From positions 128,001 through 192,000 of the forward strand of contig CAVXJS010000015.1 of NCBI GenBank assembly GCA_963762145.1: 64,000 bases of DNA. The letters run 5' to 3'. Within the stretch, counting starts at the first letter, position 1; each line of letters opens with the position of its first letter. Made by a program: the position numbers and the translations under genes. Positions 31,639 through 42,154 of the stretch are shown here, one piece after another. The DNA is from an uncultured Candidatus Rokubacteria bacterium (GTDB lineage: Bacteria > Methylomirabilota > Methylomirabilia > Rokubacteriales > CSP1-6). The notes under the pieces were generated by a model that worked only from the letters and a program-made list of their open reading frames with translations, was not told where the DNA came from and did no database searches.

Positions 31639-33598
31639 ATGGAGCAGAAGATCTACACCTCGTGCACGCTGGACTGCCCGGACGGCTGCGGGATCATCGC
31701 CCACGTGAAGGACGGGCGCGTGGTGAAGCTCGAGGGTCACCCGGATCACGAGTTCACCCAGGGCTATCTGTGCGGCAAGACCTACCGCTTCCCGGAGCGC
31801 GTCTACAGCCCCGAGCGGCAGCTCCATCCCCTCAAGCGCGAGAACGGGCGTCCCGGCGGCGGCTGGGTGCGGATCGGCTGGGACGAGGCGCTCGACCTGG
31901 TGGCGGACAAGATCCGCGGCTACCTGGCCGACCCGGGCCCGCTCTCGATCATGCACTACCAGCGCACCGGGTCCTGGGGCGCCACCAAGCTGCTGAGCCG
32001 GCGCTTCTGGAACCTGCTGGGCGGCGTCACCACCACCAGCGGCTCACTCTGCAGCGGCGCCGCGCGCGCGGGTCAGGCCCTCGACTTCGGCGTGCGCGCG
32101 GGCCACGACCCGTCCGACATGCTGAACAGCCGCCTCGTGCTGCTCTGGGGCCGCAACCCGATGGCCACCAACCTCCACACGGTGCCGATCCTCAAGGAGA
32201 TCCGGAAGCGCGGCGGCCGCGTCATCCTCATCGACCCGGTGCGGAGCGAGTCGGCGAACTTCTGCGACGAGCACGTGCAGCCCCGCGTGGCCTCCGACGC
32301 GGAGCTCGCGATGGCCATGGCCAAGGTCATCCTCGAGGAGGGACTCGAGGACCGCGTCTACCTCGAGCGGCACGCGCACGGCCTGGCCGACTACCGCGCC
32401 CTGCTCGACGCCCGCTCGCTCGGCGAGCTGGCCGCCGCGTGCGAGCTGACCGAAGAGGCGATCCGGAAGCTCGCGCGCGAGTACGCGAGCACCAGGCCCG
32501 CGTCGGTGCTCCTCGGGTGGGGCCTCAACAAGTACCAGCACAGCGCGGAGATCTTCCGCTGCGTGGACGCACTCGGGGCCCTCTGCGGGCACATCGGGGT
32601 GCCCGGCGGCGGCGTCTCGCACGGCTACAACACCCAGCGGCACTTCGACAAGACGGTGGAGGCCGCCGACCGCGCCACGCACCATCGCGCGATCCCCGAG
32701 CCCCTGCTCGGCGCGCGGGCTCCTGGAGGCGCAGAAGCCGCCCATCCGGATGATGTTCGTCAACAGTGGCAACCCGGTGAACCAGTCGCCGAACTCGAAC
32801 AAGGTGGCCCAGGGCCTGGCCGGCCTGGAGTTCGTGGTGGTCGTGGACCAGGTGCTCACCGACACCACCGACTACGCCCACGTGTTCCTCCCCACCACCA
32901 CCTTCCTCGAGGAGGAGGACATGCTGGTGTCGTGGGGGCACAACATCATCGGCGGGGTCAACCGGGTCATCGAGCCGGTGGGCGAGGCGCGCTCCGATCT
33001 CCTGATCTTCCAGCAGCTCGCCGACCGTCTCGGCATCGGCCCCGAGATGGCGGGCGCGCCGCGGGACTGGCTCTCGCGCATCTTCACGCCGCTCACCCGG
33101 CGCGGTGTGAGCATCGACCAGGTCATGGAAGCGCCGGTGCGGTGCCCGGTGGCCCCCATGGTGCCGTTCGCGGATCACGTCTACCCGACCAAGTCGGGCC
33201 GCTTCGAGTTCATCACCCAGCTCAAGCACGAGCCTCGCGTGGTGCCGGACTACCCGCTGACGCTCGTGACCAACTACAGCAAGAAGTGGCTCCTCTCGCA
33301 GATCCTCGAGAAGGAGCACCCGTCCATCGCCTCGATCCGCATCGGCACCGAGACCGCCCAGCAGAACGGCATCGCGAGCGGCGAGCGTGCGATCATCCGC
33401 TCCCCGGTGGGCCACCTGGAAGTCGAGGTGCTGGTGGACGCGCGGATCGGCCGCGGCATGGTCATCATGCCGGTCGGCACCTGGATCAAGCGCGGCGGGG
33501 GCGCCAACGTGCTGACCGAGGACATCATGTCCAACTTCGGCCAGATGGCGGCATACGGCGAGACGCGGGTGCGGCTCGAGCGGGTCGCCGCGGCCTGA
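31639..33598 (+). CDS. Molybdopterin oxidoreductase (DMSO reductase superfamily, bis-MGD, 4Fe-4S); frameshift near 32710
   Basis: CTLDCPDGC...LC N-terminal Fe-S motif, WDEALD, WGRNP, IDP; continues in another frame as NPVNQSPN, TDTTDYAHVFLPTTTFLE and a C-terminal dinucleotide-binding domain. Confidence 0.88.
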
Positions 33599-33651
33599 GC
33601 GGGAACCGGGCGCGGTCCCGGCAGGTTAAAGTCGGCCAGGGAGGAACACCC

Positions 33652-34494
33652 ATGGCCAATCCGCTCAGCCGTCGCGAGGTTCTGAAGTACGGCGCCTTCA
33701 CCACCGTCGGAGGCGTGCTCACGCCGGGCGTCGTGCTCGCCCAGGCTATCACCACCGATAGCAAGGGCATCATCGCCCGGGACATCCCGCTCACGTCGAG
33801 CGGCGCCACCATCCCCGCCTACGACGCCCGCCCCGAGGCGGCCGGCCGCTACCCCATCGTGGTCGTCATCTCCGGCTTCACCGGCAACTCCGACCAGAAC
33901 AAGGACGTGGTCCGCCGCTTCGCCCAGGCCGGCTACTACGCGATCGCCCCCGAGCTGTACTCTCGCGAGGGCGGCATGCAGGGCAAGAACTTCCAGGAGA
34001 TGGGCCAGATCGCGGGCCGCGTCACGCGGGCCCAGTACCTGAGCGACATCCGGGCCGCCGCCGACTACGCGAAGCAGCAGTCCTGGGCGCGGGCCGACCG
34101 CCTCGGGGTCACCGGCTTCTGCGGGGGCGGCGCCCTCACCCTGCATACCGCGGCCGAGTATCCCGGGGTGACCGCGGCGGTGCCGTGGTACGGGCAGGTC
34201 AAGCGGGTCTACTCCGACGCGCCCGGCGTGGACGCCTTCAGCCTCGTGGGCCGGATCAAGGCGCCCGTGCTGGGCCTCTACGGCGACGCCGACCCGGGCA
34301 TCCCCTCCGCCGACGTCCGCAGCTTCGAGGCCGAGCTGCGGAAGGCGGGCAACGCGAACGTCGAGTTCATCCTGTACCCCGACGCGCCGCACGCGTTCTT
34401 CTCGGACGATCGGCCGCAGGTGTACAAGAAGGAAGCCAGCGAGGACGCCTGGAAGCGCTGCCTGGCGTTCTTCGAGAAGCACCTGAAGGCCTGA
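33652..34494 (+). CDS. Dienelactone hydrolase family protein with Tat signal peptide
   Basis: GGAGG RBS; SRREVLK twin-arginine motif; nucleophile motif GFCGGG; YGDAD and YPDAPHAF. Confidence 0.9.
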   Translation: MANPLSRREVLKYGAFTTVGGVLTPGVVLAQAITTDSKGIIARDIPLTSSGATIPAYDARPEAAGRYPIVVVISGFTGNSDQNKDVVRRFAQAGYYAIAPELYSREGGMQGKNFQEMGQIAGRVTRAQYLSDIRAAADYAKQQSWARADRLGVTGFCGGGALTLHTAAEYPGVTAAVPWYGQVKRVYSDAPGVDAFSLVGRIKAPVLGLYGDADPGIPSADVRSFEAELRKAGNANVEFILYPDAPHAFFSDDRPQVYKKEASEDAWKRCLAFFEKHLKA

Positions 34495-34517
34495 GCCTGG
34501 CCCGGCAAACTCCAAGC

Positions 34518-34546
34518 TTGACATCGGGCGGGTTTGCCTCCAGATT
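34518..34546 (+). promoter_or_regulatory. Putative sigma70 promoter
   Basis: TTGACA-N17-CAGATT upstream of the gene at 34611. Confidence 0.45.
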
Positions 34547-34610
34547 GGCGCAAATCCAGAGGTTTGCGGTTACCCATCTCACACGTCAGCGACGACTTGG
34601 AGGATAGAGG

Positions 34611-36265
34611 ATGAGCCCAAACCATGCCCATCTCCTGCTGAGCCGCCGGGACCTTCTCAAGCTTGGCGCTACCGGCGCCGCCCTGGCGCCGATGATGTCC
34701 CCCTTCCCCGCCTCCGCCCAGACACCCAAGCGGGGGGGGACCCTGAGCCTGCGCCTCTGGGACCCGCCGCACTGGGACCCGCACCTCACCGTCTCCTACA
34801 AGACCCATATCGCCTACTCGTTCACCCATAGCCGGCTCGTGAAGCACAAGGCCGGGCCCGGCGTGCAGCCCGGCACCTTTCCCCTCGAGGGCGATCTCGC
34901 CGAATCGTGGACGCAGCCGAACGAGAACACGTACGTGTTCAAGCTGCGCCGCGGGGTGAAGTGGCACAACAAGCCCCCGGTGAACGGGCGGGAGCTGGTG
35001 GCCGACGACGTCGTCTACACGTTGGAGCGCTTCCGCACCGTGAAGGGCAACGCGAATGCCTACATGCTGGCGGCGCTCGATCGCGTGGAGGCGGTGGACA
35101 AGTACACGGTCAAGTTCACGCTGAAGGAGCCCTACGCCTGGTTCCTCGACATCCTGGCCAACCCGCACGCGGTCTGCATCGTCGCCAAGGAATGCGTGGA
35201 GAAGTTCGGCGATCTCAAGAAGCCCGAGGCGACGGTGGGCACCGGGCCCGTGGATGCTGGACAGCTACCGGCCCGAACGTCGGCTTCACCCTCGTGCGCA
35301 ACCCGAGCTACTTCGTGGCCGGTCTCCCGAACATCGACAAGGTCGAGGCTTTCGTGGACGAGGACAATGCCTCGCGCATGGCCGCGTTCATCGCGGGCAA
35401 GTACGACCTCGGCTGGGAGTTCCCGGGACAGATCAACCGCACCGATTGGGTGCAGATCAAGGACACGCCTGAAGCAGCGGCGGCCCAATCTCAAGACCCA
35501 GGACTACCCCGCCAACGTGATGACCCATCTCTACTTCCGCAACGACAAGGCCCCGTTCAGCGACGTACGCGTGCGGCGGGCCATGTCGATGGCCATCGAC
35601 CGCAAGGGCATCATCGACGCGACCGCGGAAGGGCTCGGGGTCCAGAACCCGGCGGTGCCCGCCGCGCTGAAGGAGTGGTCCATCCCGGTCGACCAGCTCG
35701 GTGAGGGTGCCCAGTACTTCAAGCACGACCCGGCGGCGGCCCGGAAGCTCCTGGCCGAGGCCGGCCACCCCAAGGGCTTCCCGGTCACGATCGACTTCAC
35801 CACGTACGGATCCCAGGTCCTGGTGGACGCCTGTCAGCTCGTGCTCAAGAACCTCAAGGACGTGGGCATCGAGGCCAAGCTGAACACCAAGGAGTACGGG
35901 GCGTACATCTCGAGCACCTTCTACGGCAAGTACGAGTCCATGGCCCTCGGCCCGCAGACTCCGTTCCTCGAGCCGGACAACTTCCTCTTCGGCCAGTACT
36001 ATCCGGGGGAGATCAAGAACCACGGTCACATCAACGACCCGGTGCTCGCCGACATGCTCGTCCGGCAGCGCCGGACGATGGACGCCGCGAAGCGCCGCGA
36101 GATCATCTACGAAGATCCAGCGACACATCGCCAAGCAGCAGTGCGTACGTGCAGCTGTGGTCCGGCGTGTACGTCGGGGTCTGGGACGGGGCGCTCATGA
36201 ACTATGGCCCGAACCTGGGATACGACTACGGTGGCCGGCTCATGGCCGCCTGGCTCGACCGCTAG
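34611..36265 (+). CDS. Family 5 ABC substrate-binding protein with Tat signal (frameshifts near 35250, 35465 and 36110-36145)
   Basis: SRRDLLK; PKRGG, DPH, GDLAESW, VGTGP; ends ...DYGGRLMAAWLDR-TAG like the intact tandem paralogue. Confidence 0.85.
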
Positions 36266-36288
36266 CCGACGGCAAGGAGGCCATCGCC

Positions 36289-37929
36289 ATGGACCAGTCC
36301 GGATCGTCCCTCACCCGCCGTGACGTGCTCAAGCTTGGCGGCGCCGCGCTCGCGGCGTCCTCGGTCCTGACCGGCGCCCGGCCGGCGGAGGCCCAGACCC
36401 CGAAGCGCGGAGGCCGGTTCCGGCTGCGCTCGCACGTGCCGCCGGTGCACTTCGACCCGCACCAGACCCTCGCGTTCTCCACCATGATCCCGCTGTCGTT
36501 CGTGTACAGCCGCCTCGTGAAGGTCAAGGGCGGCTCCGCGGTGGTGCCGGGCACCCAGCCGGTGGAGGGGGACCTCGCGGAGTCGTGGGAGCGGCAGGGC
36601 GACACTGTCTACGTGTTCAAGCTGAGGAAGGGCGTGCGCTGGCACAACAAGCCCCCGCTCAACGGCCGGGAGCTGACCGCCGAGGACGTGCGCTACACCT
36701 ACGACCGCTTCCTCAACATCAAGGGCAACAGCAACCGCTTCACGCTCGAGATGGTGGAAAAGGTCGAGGCCGTCGACAAGTACACCGTCAAGTTCACGCT
36801 GCGCGAGCCCAACGCCTGGTTCATCGACCGGCTCGCCTCGACGTCCACGTGGATCATCGCCAAGGAGTGCGTGGACCAGTACGGCGATCTCAAGCGGCCC
36901 GAGACCTTGGTGGGCACCGGCCCGTTCCTGTACCAGAGCTACGAGCCCAACGTGCGGATGACCTTCAACCGCAACCCGAGCTACTTCGTCCCGGGACTGC
37001 CCTACGTGGATGGGGTCGACATCACGCTGTCGCAGGATCCCGCCGCCGCGTTCGCCCAGTTCCTCTCCGGCGACTTCGACTTCGGCCCGGAGTACGGCAT
37101 GGTGATCCGCCGGAGCGACCTCGACATCGCCCTCCGGCGCGTCAAGGGACTCGGCATGCGGGATTACATCGTGGTGTTCGGCGGCTACACCGCGGTGAAG
37201 CTCGACCAGGAGCCGTTCAAGGACGTGCGGGTGCGGCGGGCCTTCGCGATGTCCCAGGACTGGCGTGAGGTGCTCGAGACCAATGCGTGGTCGCAGGGCA
37301 AGGGCGCCCCGAACCCGCTCATCCCGGCCGCGCTCAAGGAATGGTCGATCCCGATCGACCAGCTCCCGGCGGAAGGGCGCAAGCTCTATGAGTTCGATCC
37401 GGCCGGCGCCAAGCGCCTGCTCGCGGAGGCCGGCCATCCCAACGGAATCAAGATCCCCATCGAGACCACGCCCGGCTACGGGCCGGACTGGATGGACGCG
37501 GTACAGGTGGGCCTCCGCAACTGGAAGCAGGGCGGCATCGAGGGAGAGCTCAAGCTGAAGGAATACGGGGCCTTCGTCTCGAGCGCGATCTTCGGCAAGT
37601 TCGAGAAGAGCATCGTGACGCTCCGGGGCGGCACCACCGACCCCGACACCTACTTCACTCCGTTCCTGCCCGGCGAGGCGCTGAACGCCTCCGGAGTGAA
37701 CGACCCGAAGCTCACCGAGATGATCAAGCTCCAGCGCCGTACCTTCGACGACAAGAAGCGGCGCGACATCGTCTACGACATCCAGCGCTACGCCTCCCAG
37801 CAGGTCTACTACGGCTACGGCGCCTCGGTGAGCGCGGTCGGCGCCTGGATGCCCTACGTCAAGAACTTCGGCCCGAACATCGGCCACGACTACGGCGGCC
37901 GTCTCATGGTCGCGTGGCTGGACAAATAA
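36289..37929 (+). CDS. Family 5 ABC substrate-binding protein with Tat signal
   Basis: AAGGAGG RBS; TRRDVLK; GDLAESW, LRKGVRWHNKPP, VGTGPF, PFKDVRVRRA. Confidence 0.92.
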   Translation: MDQSGSSLTRRDVLKLGGAALAASSVLTGARPAEAQTPKRGGRFRLRSHVPPVHFDPHQTLAFSTMIPLSFVYSRLVKVKGGSAVVPGTQPVEGDLAESWERQGDTVYVFKLRKGVRWHNKPPLNGRELTAEDVRYTYDRFLNIKGNSNRFTLEMVEKVEAVDKYTVKFTLREPNAWFIDRLASTSTWIIAKECVDQYGDLKRPETLVGTGPFLYQSYEPNVRMTFNRNPSYFVPGLPYVDGVDITLSQDPAAAFAQFLSGDFDFGPEYGMVIRRSDLDIALRRVKGLGMRDYIVVFGGYTAVKLDQEPFKDVRVRRAFAMSQDWREVLETNAWSQGKGAPNPLIPAALKEWSIPIDQLPAEGRKLYEFDPAGAKRLLAEAGHPNGIKIPIETTPGYGPDWMDAVQVGLRNWKQGGIEGELKLKEYGAFVSSAIFGKFEKSIVTLRGGTTDPDTYFTPFLPGEALNASGVNDPKLTEMIKLQRRTFDDKKRRDIVYDIQRYASQQVYYGYGASVSAVGAWMPYVKNFGPNIGHDYGGRLMVAWLDK

Positions 37930-37956
37930 CCCAGGTCACGGCTCGACTGGCGTGAC

Positions 37957-38898
37957 GTGAAGCGCTACATCCTGCGCCGTCTGCTGGTGGCGATCCCGTC
38001 GTTGCTGATCGCCTCCCTCATCGTCTTCAGCCTGCCCCGGCTGATCCCGGGCGACGTCGTCCAGCTCATGCTCGAGGAGAAGGCCTACGGCAAGGACCTC
38101 GAGGACCTCCGCGCCAAGCTCGGCCTGAACCGGCCGATGTACATCCAGTACGTGGAGTGGCTCGGCCAGGTGACCCGCGGGGACCTTGGCGAGTCGCTGT
38201 GGACCAAGCGCCCGGTGCTGGAAGAGCTGGCGCGCCGCCTGCCCATCAGCCTCGAGCTGGGGGTGCTGGCCCTGTTCTTCGCGATCGTCATCGCGGTGCC
38301 GATCGGCGTGCTCGCCGCGATCCGTCAGGACACGCTGGCCGACTTCCTCATGCGGAGCATGGCCATCCTGGGACTCTCGGTGCCGGGCTTCTGGATCGCC
38401 ACCCTGTGCGTCCTGCTCCCCGCGATCTGGTGGGGCTGGAGCCCTCCGATCCAGTTCACCGCCTTCTCGGTGGATCCGTGGGCCCACTTCGCCCAGTTCC
38501 TGCTGCCCGCCTTCATCCTCGGCATCGCCTCCGCCGCGGCGATCATGCGCCTCACCCGCGGCACGCTCCTCGAGGTGCTCCGTCAGGACTACGTGCGCAC
38601 CGCGTGGGCCAAGGGGTTGCGCGAGCGCGTGGTGGTCGTCAAGCACAGCCTCAAGAACGCCCTGATCCCGGTCATCACCATCCTCGGCATCCAGATCGCG
38701 CAGATCCTGGGCGGCACCGTGATCTTCGAGAGCATCTTCGGGCTGCCCGGCATGGGCCGCTTCCTCTTCGACGCGATCAACCAGCGCGACTATCCGGTCA
38801 TCCAGGGCGTGAACCTGCTCATCGTGAGCGTGGTGGTCCTGACCAACTTGATCGTCGACGCGTTCTACGCCTTCCTGGACCCCCGCATCCGCTACTAG
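37957..38898 (+). CDS. Peptide-type ABC permease (DppB-like)
   Basis: MKRYILRRLL, PGD, GDLGES, QDYVRTAWAKGL, KHSLKNAL, DPRIRY. Confidence 0.93.
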   Translation: MKRYILRRLLVAIPSLLIASLIVFSLPRLIPGDVVQLMLEEKAYGKDLEDLRAKLGLNRPMYIQYVEWLGQVTRGDLGESLWTKRPVLEELARRLPISLELGVLALFFAIVIAVPIGVLAAIRQDTLADFLMRSMAILGLSVPGFWIATLCVLLPAIWWGWSPPIQFTAFSVDPWAHFAQFLLPAFILGIASAAAIMRLTRGTLLEVLRQDYVRTAWAKGLRERVVVVKHSLKNALIPVITILGIQIAQILGGTVIFESIFGLPGMGRFLFDAINQRDYPVIQGVNLLIVSVVVLTNLIVDAFYAFLDPRIRY

Positions 38899-38928
38899 AA
38901 CAATGCGAAGCAACCCGAACATAAAGCA

Positions 38929-39870
38929 ATGCAAAGCAACCCTATAGAGGTCGCCCCTTGGGGCGACCGGATACAAAAAAACAAGAGCGCGTCGCCCAAC
39001 CGCCTCGCGGCCGTCCTCACGGCCCTCTGGCAGTTCACCTGGCGCAAGCCGCTAGGCGCCCTCGGCGGGTTCATCGTGCTGGGGCTGCTGATCATGGCGA
39101 TCTTCGCGCCGTGGATCGCGCCCTACCAGTACGACGAGACCATCCCGGGCGCGCGCATGAAGGCCCCCGGCGCGCAGTTCTGGATGGGCACCGACAACCT
39201 GGGCCGCGACGTCTACAGCCGCGTGGTCTACGGCGCCGCGGTGTCGGTGACGGTTGGTTTCGGGGCCGTCCTCCTCGCCAACATCCTCGCCACCGCCATC
39301 GGTATCACCAGCGGCTACTTCGGCGGCGCCTACGACATCTGCGTGCAGCGGGTGGTAGACGCCTGGCAGTCCTTCCCGTTCCTGGTGGTGATCCTCTCGC
39401 TCATGGCGGTGCTGGGGCCGGGCCTGCTCAACCTGATCCTCGCGCTCGGGGTGCTGGGCGCGGCGGCCGCCTCCCGGGTGATCCGCGGGACCACCATCAG
39501 CGTGATGCAGAACACCTACGTGGAAGCGGCGCGGGCCCTCGGCGCGGGACACCTGCGCATCATGCTCCGCTACATCCTGCCCAACGTGGCCGCCACCGTC
39601 ATCATCCTGGCCACCATCGGGCTCGGGGGTGCCATCCTCGCGGAGTCCGCGCTGTCGTTCCTGGGCTTCGGCGTGCCGCCTCCCTACCCCTCCTGGGGCG
39701 CCATGCTGTCCGGCTCGGGCCGCTCGTTCATGTACCGCGCGCCGTGGATGGCCATCTGGCCGGGCGCGGCCATCTCCCTTGCCGTCTTCGGCTTCAACAT
39801 GCTGGGCGATGCGCTGCGCGACGAGCTCGACCCGCGGCTGCGGGGCGGGGGCGGGCGACCGGTCAGCTAG
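38929..39870 (+). CDS. Peptide-type ABC permease (DppC-like); atypical N-terminus
   Basis: GTDNLGRD, YVEAARALG, ESALSFLG, GDALRDELDPR; first ~20 codons are AT-rich and contain a palindrome. Confidence 0.9.
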   Translation: MQSNPIEVAPWGDRIQKNKSASPNRLAAVLTALWQFTWRKPLGALGGFIVLGLLIMAIFAPWIAPYQYDETIPGARMKAPGAQFWMGTDNLGRDVYSRVVYGAAVSVTVGFGAVLLANILATAIGITSGYFGGAYDICVQRVVDAWQSFPFLVVILSLMAVLGPGLLNLILALGVLGAAAASRVIRGTTISVMQNTYVEAARALGAGHLRIMLRYILPNVAATVIILATIGLGGAILAESALSFLGFGVPPPYPSWGAMLSGSGRSFMYRAPWMAIWPGAAISLAVFGFNMLGDALRDELDPRLRGGGGRPVS

Positions 39871-39876
39871 ACAAGC

Positions 39877-39954
39877 AAGGGGGCAGCGGCGGTTACCGCT
39901 GCCCCCTTTGAAGACCGCCCCTCACCCTGCCGTCTCCCCTGAGGGGAGAGGGGG
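39877..39954. terminator. Hairpin plus BoxC-like repeat (family B copy 4) between convergent operons
   Basis: AAGGGGGCAGCGG-CGGTTA-CCGCTGCCCCCTT (39877-39908), then CCCCTCACCCTGCCGTCTCCCCTGAGGGGAGAGGGG (39918-39954). Confidence 0.7.
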
Positions 39955-39963
39955 ATGAGGTGG

Positions 39964-41262
39964 CTAGGCGAACTTGGCGTAGATGGCCTTGATCTTCTCC
40001 TCGGCCCACTTGATCGTCTGCTCGAGGTCCATCTTGTCGGTCGCGAACTGCGCGAGCGCGTCCACCATCACGAACTGCTGGTAGACCTCGTCCGCGGCCG
40101 GGGTGAGCGGCCCCGGGTAGCCGGTGGTGAAGTGGTACTCGGCGTCCTGCTCGAGCGGCTTCAGCTTCGGGTCCTCGCTGATGATCGGGAGCGGCGGCTT
40201 GGCGTAGTTCTTGAGGAACGGCATGTTGTAGCCGGTGCTGGCCTTGGCGCCCTCGCGGTAGACGTCCACGAGCGCTTCCAGGAACGCCTTCGCCCCGTCG
40301 CCGTTCTTGGAGAACTTGGTGACGCCGTAGGCGCGGCAGTTGGCGAACGACCGCCGCGTCGCCGGGCCCTTGGGCGAGAGCTGCACGAAGATCTTGTCGG
40401 CGAGCTCCTTGTTGGAGCCCTCGATCGTCCGGTAGGCGCTGATCGGATTGTGGATCCAGGAGCCGCGCCCCGAGGCGAGGAAGCGGTTGTTGGAGGCGTC
40501 GTCCCAGGCGAGGACCTCGGGCGTCATGGCGTCCTTGTAGAGCGCCTTGTTGAACTTGAGCGCCTCGCGCATCTCCTTGGAGCTGTAGGTGATGGTCTTG
40601 CCGTCCTTGCCCACCTCGGAGGCGCCGTGCGACCACATGACCGCGCGCCAGGACGCGCGGGAGTCGTCGTGGTGCGCGAGCCCGATCCCGACCGGGAAGC
40701 CCTTGGCCTTGAGCTTCATGCCACCCTTGTGCAGGTCGTCCCAGGAATCGGGGCCGTTGGGCATGCCGATCTCGGTCCACAGATCCTTCCGGTAGAGACC
40801 CGGGAAGTCGATGAAGAAGTCGGGGATGGCGTGGAACTTCCCGTCGGCCCGGACCTGGCAGTAGTTCTCGGCCAGCGGGCGTCCAGCCGCCGTGCTTCTT
40901 GGCGAGCTTGTCGGCCACGTCCTGGACGTCCATGAGGGCGCTGGCCCACTTCTCGGTGCCGGTGCCCACCAGCTGCACGATGTCGTGACCCGACTGGGTC
41001 GCGATCTCGGCCGCGATCTTGGCCGGGATCTGCAGGTGCGGGACGTGGTCGATGGTGACCTTGATCCCGCTCTTGGTGCTCCACTGCTCGGCGAAGGCGT
41101 CGAACCACTTGTCGTAGGCGGGCACGAAGTGGGTCCAGGCGAGCACTCGGACCTCCTTGGCCTGCGCCCACGCCGGGCGGATCCAGACGTGGGGAAATGC
41201 GCCGAGACGGCGGTGGCGCCCGCCGCGGTGCCGAGGAACTGCCGTCGCGAAAGCTTGCTCAT
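39964..41262 (-). CDS. Carbohydrate-type (CUT1) ABC substrate-binding protein with Tat signal; compensating frameshifts near 41190 and 40875
   Basis: MSKLSRRQFLG; the segment LAWTHFVPAYD...QSGHD lies in another frame; WDDASNNRFLASG; paralogous to the gene at 60783. Confidence 0.85.
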   Translation of the reverse strand: MSKLSRRQFLGTAAGATAVSAHFPTSGSARRGRRPRRSECSPGPTSCPPTTSGSTPSPSSGAPRAGSRSPSTTSRTCRSRPRSRPRSRPSRVTTSCSWWAPAPRSGPAPSWTSRTWPTSSPRSTAAGRPLAENYCQVRADGKFHAIPDFFIDFPGLYRKDLWTEIGMPNGPDSWDDLHKGGMKLKAKGFPVGIGLAHHDDSRASWRAVMWSHGASEVGKDGKTITYSSKEMREALKFNKALYKDAMTPEVLAWDDASNNRFLASGRGSWIHNPISAYRTIEGSNKELADKIFVQLSPKGPATRRSFANCRAYGVTKFSKNGDGAKAFLEALVDVYREGAKASTGYNMPFLKNYAKPPLPIISEDPKLKPLEQDAEYHFTTGYPGPLTPAADEVYQQFVMVDALAQFATDKMDLEQTIKWAEEKIKAIYAKFA

Positions 41263-41296
41263 GCGGTTTACCCCTCCTTGGGTCGTGAGTTGCGGA

Positions 41297-42151
41297 TCAC
41301 TTCAGCGCGCCGGCGGTGAGCCCGTGGATGAAATGGTCGAGGCTGAACGCGTACACGATGGCCACCGGCACCGCGCCGATGAGCGCGCCCGACATGAGCG
41401 AGCCCCAGTAGAAGACGTCGCCCCGGATGAGGTCGCTCGTGACCCCGTACGAGATCGTCTTGTTGGCGGACGCGGAGATGAACGTCAGGGCGTAGATGAA
41501 CTCCTGGTACGTCAGCGTGAAGGCGAAGATCCCGGCGGTGATGATGCCGGGCACGATCACCGGGATGATGATCATGCGGAAGGCCTGGAAGCGGGTGCAG
41601 CCGTCGATCTGGGCGCTCTCCTCGATCTCCTTGGGCACCGTCCGCACGAAGCCCATGAGGAGCCAGGTGCAGAACGGCAGGGTGAAGGAGGGGTAGACGA
41701 TGACCAGCGCCCAGACCGAGTCGATGAAGCCCGAGCCCGCGCACGAGCTGGGAGAGCGGCAGGAACAGCAGCGTCGACGGGATCAGGTAGGAGAGGAACA
41801 TCGCGGTGGATAGCGGCTGGGCCGCCCGGGAAACGCATGCGGGCCAGCGCGTAGGCCGCGGGCAGCGCGAGCAGGAGCGTGATGATCACGACGCAGGACG
41901 CCGATGAGGAGGCTGTTCTTCAGCCAGGTCGGGAACAGCGTGCCCTGGAGCAGGAGCTTCATGTGGTCGAGGGTCGGGGGCTCCTTGAACCAGAACGGGG
42001 CGGTCTCGAGGTTGTAGAGGTCGCGGTCCCGCTTGAAGGCGGTGATGACCATCCAGTAGAACGGGAACAGCACCACGAAGAGGTAGGGCGACAGCGGCAG
42101 GTACGGACCGTAGTCGCGCTTGATTCGTCGCCAGGGTCCATGGGCGGCCAT
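41297..42151 (-). CDS. CUT1 ABC permease (MalG-like); frameshifts between about 41725 and 41895
   Basis: Fragments FPFYWM, YALARMRF, SYLIPSTLLFLPL, EIEESAQIDG and GDVFYWGSLM lie in successive frames. Confidence 0.85.
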
Positions 42152-42154
42152 GCC

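Noticed and set aside
31639-34494. 951-aa molybdopterin oxidoreductase-dienelactone hydrolase fusion
   Set aside because: Artefact of an extra base near 32710. The true C-terminal half is in another frame ending at 33598, and the hydrolase has its own RBS, ATG and Tat signal.
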